Source: Nitrospirota bacterium (GTDB taxonomy: Bacteria > Nitrospirota > Thermodesulfovibrionia > Thermodesulfovibrionales > Dissulfurispiraceae). From it: 64,000 nt of DNA. Location of the stretch: contig CAWBMP010000005.1 of the NCBI GenBank assembly GCA_963790025.1, positions 128,001-192,000 on the forward strand. Direction: 5' to 3'. The first letter of the stretch is position 1. Each line of letters opens with the position of its first letter. The translations under genes and the position numbers were made by a program. A model generated the notes under the pieces. The model had not been told where the DNA came from. It ran no database searches and saw only the letters and a program-made list of their open reading frames with translations. Positions 61,470-64,000 of the stretch are shown in pieces.

Positions 61470-64000
61470 ATGCCACTAACTCAGAACGTCCTTCAATTCA
61501 TCAAGACCCGTCGTGCCAAAATCATCGGTATTGTCGCCCTGGTTTTTTTCATCATTTTTTCGATCACCGGATTCTTCATCGTACCGCCATATGTGAAGTC
61601 AATTGCCCTGGACAAGCTGAGCAGGCAGCTCGGCCGGCCGGTCGCCATACAGTCGCTGAGTCTCAATCCATACACTCTATCGGTCACAATCAATGGACTT
61701 GTCGTTAAAGAGCCTGACCTGAAGCAGACATTTTTCTCGGTAGACAGCCTATATGTGAATGCAGCGATCATGTCTTTATTTAGAGGCGGTCCTGTCCTCA
61801 AAGAGATAAGAGTTGAAAAGCCGTACCTTCACGTTGTGCGCACGGCTGCGAACACCTATAACTTTTCGGATATCATTGAACGTTCCAAAAAAACTGCAAG
61901 TACTGCGGGTCCTTCAAAACCCGCCGTGTTTTCACTTAACAATATCCGCGTTGTTGACGGCAGCGTGGATTTCATAGACGAGCCGGTCGGAAAGGTGCAC
62001 ACGGTCCGCTCCCTTTCCTTCGCCATCCCGTTCGTATCGGACATGCCCGGCGATGTGAACATATTTGTAAAACCCATGTTCAAGGCGAATGTGAACGGAT
62101 CCGAGTTCGCTTTTGGAGGCGATACAAAACCTTTTTCAAACTCTGTTGAAACATCGGTAAATGTACAGCTGAAAGACCTGGACATACCTTTTTACATGGC
62201 GTATCTGCCTGTCAAGCCCAGGGCGATTGTAAGCTCGGGCCGTCTCGACATCAAGATGGCAATCTCCTTTCACAAGCATAAGGACCGTTCCACTGCGCTC
62301 ACGGTTTCCGGTGATGTGCTGCTGAAGAAGCTGGCTGTTACTGATTTGAGGAAGAGGCCTGTGGTCAGTTTCGATGCTCTTAACGTGTCTATAGCCTCGG
62401 CCGAACCTTTTGAGAAACGTATATCATTTTCGAACATCATACTGGAGTCGCCCAACCTCACCCTGGCTCGCGATCGTAGTGGAGCTTTGTCGATTTTCAG
62501 TCTTATGCCCGGTCATTCAGGACCTGTCCGTAAGGTCCGCGCCCCTGAAACGTCAGATGCTGCTGTTCCCGCAGCATCTGTGGAGGCTGGGAACATCGAG
62601 GTGCGAAAGGGAGTTATTAAGTTCAGTGATGCAGGAGCTGCAAAGCCTTTTGCCACCACTCTGAGTGATATTGAAGTCAAAGTTGCGCACTTCAGCACCC
62701 TAAAAGACAAACGGGCTGCATTTTCCGCCTCCCTGGTGACTGAGGCAGGGGAGACAGTAAAGGCGGATGGCGACATAGGCATGACACCGATTTTCTATGA
62801 GGGTAAACTCTCCGTTAATTCTGTTTTACTGAAAAAATACATGCCTTATCTTGCAAAGCAGGTCCTCTTTGACATTACGGATGGAAAGCTTGACCTGGCG
62901 GCCAATGTCAGTTATCAGGCACGTGGCGAGAAACCGGTGATGCGCCTTTCCGCACTCGAGACTTCTCTAAGGAATCTTCGTGCTGTGAAACGGGGAGAGA
63001 AGGAAGATTTCCTCAAAGTTGCTGCGTTTTCGATCAGAGATACGTTGATTGACCTCACTGAACGGAAGGTCGATATCGGCATTATGTCCACGGAAAAGGG
63101 TTTTTTCTTAATACGGAAGAATAAGGACGGGTCTCTGAATCTGGCAAACCTGATGCCTCCTGCGCCAGCCCCTCCGGTGAAGTCAGCGCCCTGGACAGTC
63201 ATGGTCCGCTCTCTTAACGCCGGGAACTATATGGGCAGGGTGGAGGACCTGAGCCCTGCAGAACCCGTCAGTCTTGATATAGACAGGATCGCTGTCAAAG
63301 GCAAGGGGCTCTCAACAGCAAAGAAGACCAGGGGGACGATCTCCCTTGCCTGCCGTGTTGCCAAAAAGGGTACGGTAGCGGCATCAGGGACTGTTTTACT
63401 GGAACCGCTTAATACGGCACTATCCATAAACATCAAAAACCTGCCCATAGCCCCTATGCAACCTTACGTTGCAGAAAAGGTCAAAGTGCTCTTTACCGGC
63501 GGCGCCATCAATGCAACGGGAAAAGTCACGGTTGGGATGACTGCAAAAGAGGGACTAAAAGCGGCTTATAAGGGCAAGGTATGGATAAACAACTTCACTA
63601 CGGCTGATGCCTTGAATTCGGAGGACCTGCTCAAATGGGACAGTCTGTACATGGGCGAAATGGACGTGCGCTATTCGCCGCTTTTTGTCGACATCAATGA
63701 GATATCACTTACAAATTTTTACTCCCGCATTATAGTCAACGCGGACCGCACGATCAACCTGAAGGAGGTCTTCAATATTGCACAGCCGCAGCAGCAACCC
63801 GTTCCGCAGGAACGGACGGAGCAGTCAACTGTACAGCCCGCTGCTTCAGAGCAAAAACCTGCAAAACAGAAGACGATCAAAATATCCAGGATCACGCTGC
63901 AGGGCGGAACGGTTGACTTCACTGACAAGTCCATAAAGCCGGCTTTTAACAGCAAGCTCTCAGAGATAGGCGGACGCGTCTCAGGGCTCTCGTCTGAAGA
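61470..64000 (+). CDS. DUF748 (AsmA-like) envelope protein; runs off the window
   Basis: Not in the ORF track (no stop in the window). GGAGG then ATG 61470, MPLTQNV...TM helix...LGRPVAIQSLSLNPYTLSVTINGL...YNFSDII; only the start was translated codon by codon. Confidence 0.85.
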   Translation, partial: MPLTQNVLQFIKTRRAKIIGIVALVFFIIFSITGFFIVPPYVKSIALDKLSRQLGRPVAIQSLSLNPYTLSVTINGLVVKEPDLKQTFFSVDSLYVNAAIMSLFRGGPVLKEIRVEKPYLHVVRTAANTYNFSDIIERSKKTASTAGPSKPAVFSLNNIRVVDGSVDFIDEPVGKVHTVRSLSFAIPFVSDMPGDVNIFVKPMFKANVNGSEFAFGGDTKPFSNSVETSVNVQLKDLDIPFYMAYLPVKPRAIVSSGRLDIKMAISFHKHKDRSTALTVSGDVLLKKLAVTDLRKRPVVSFDALNVSIASAEPFEKRISFSNIILESPNLTLARDRSGALSIFSLMPGHSGPVRKVRAPETSDAAVPAASVEAGNIEVRKGVIKFSDAGAAKPFATTLSDIEVKVAHFSTLKDKRAAFSASLVTEAGETVKADGDIGMTPIFYEGKLSVNSVLLKKYMPYLAKQVLFDITDGKLDLAANVSYQARGEKPVMRLSALETSLRNLRAVKRGEKEDFLKVAAFSIRDTLIDLTERKVDIGIMSTEKGFFLIRKNKDGSLNLANLMPPAPAPPVKSAPWTVMVRSLNAGNYMGRVEDLSPAEPVSLDIDRIAVKGKGLSTAKKTRGTISLACRVAKKGTVAASGTVLLEPLNTALSINIKNLPIAPMQPYVAEKVKVLFTGGAINATGKVTVGMTAKEGLKAAYKGKVWINNFTTADALNSEDLLKWDSLYMGEMDVRYSPLFVDINEISLTNFYSRIIVNADRTINLKEVFNIAQPQQQPVPQERTEQSTVQPAASEQKPAKQKTIKISRITLQGGTVDFTDKSIKPAFNSKLSEIGGRVSGLSSE

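Noticed and set aside
1..64000. tRNA, rRNA, prophage or intact transposase genes
   Set aside because: None recognised by eye; tRNAscan-SE and Infernal would be needed to exclude small RNAs.

Overview
A 64-kb chromosomal segment of a Gram-negative, probably anaerobic bacterium. Gene order suggests Nitrospirota (Thermodesulfovibrionia-like) or Deltaproteobacteria, but that is an inference. Most of the window is housekeeping: htpX-purE-purC-mazG-csp-lipA, aminotransferase-hom, lysC-cimA, an EF-G paralog, argH, hypE, surA, rluB, aspS, pilMNOPQ, radical SAM-rng, larE, mscS/mscL and a DUF748 gene running off the end. Two accessory patches (about 8.9-14.9 kb and 58.0-59.0 kb) contain gene remnants, toxin-antitoxin debris and a MITE-like element. 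Highlights: (1) a ubiquitin-like sulfur-relay module (MoeB, JAB protease, ThrC-like PLP enzyme, sulfur carrier ending GG-SESRI, NIL protein) inside the aspartate-pathway operon, a candidate thiocarboxylate-dependent homocysteine route; (2) a stand-alone, highly divergent RelA/SpoT-fold nucleotidyltransferase; (3) about eight intergenic hairpins built from degenerate 6-7-nt tandem repeats, mostly with different units; (4) back-to-back sigma54 promoters for a diguanylate cyclase and pilMNOPQ flanking a long palindrome. No rRNA, tRNA or CRISPR array was recognised. All calls were made by eye from motifs, with no database searches.
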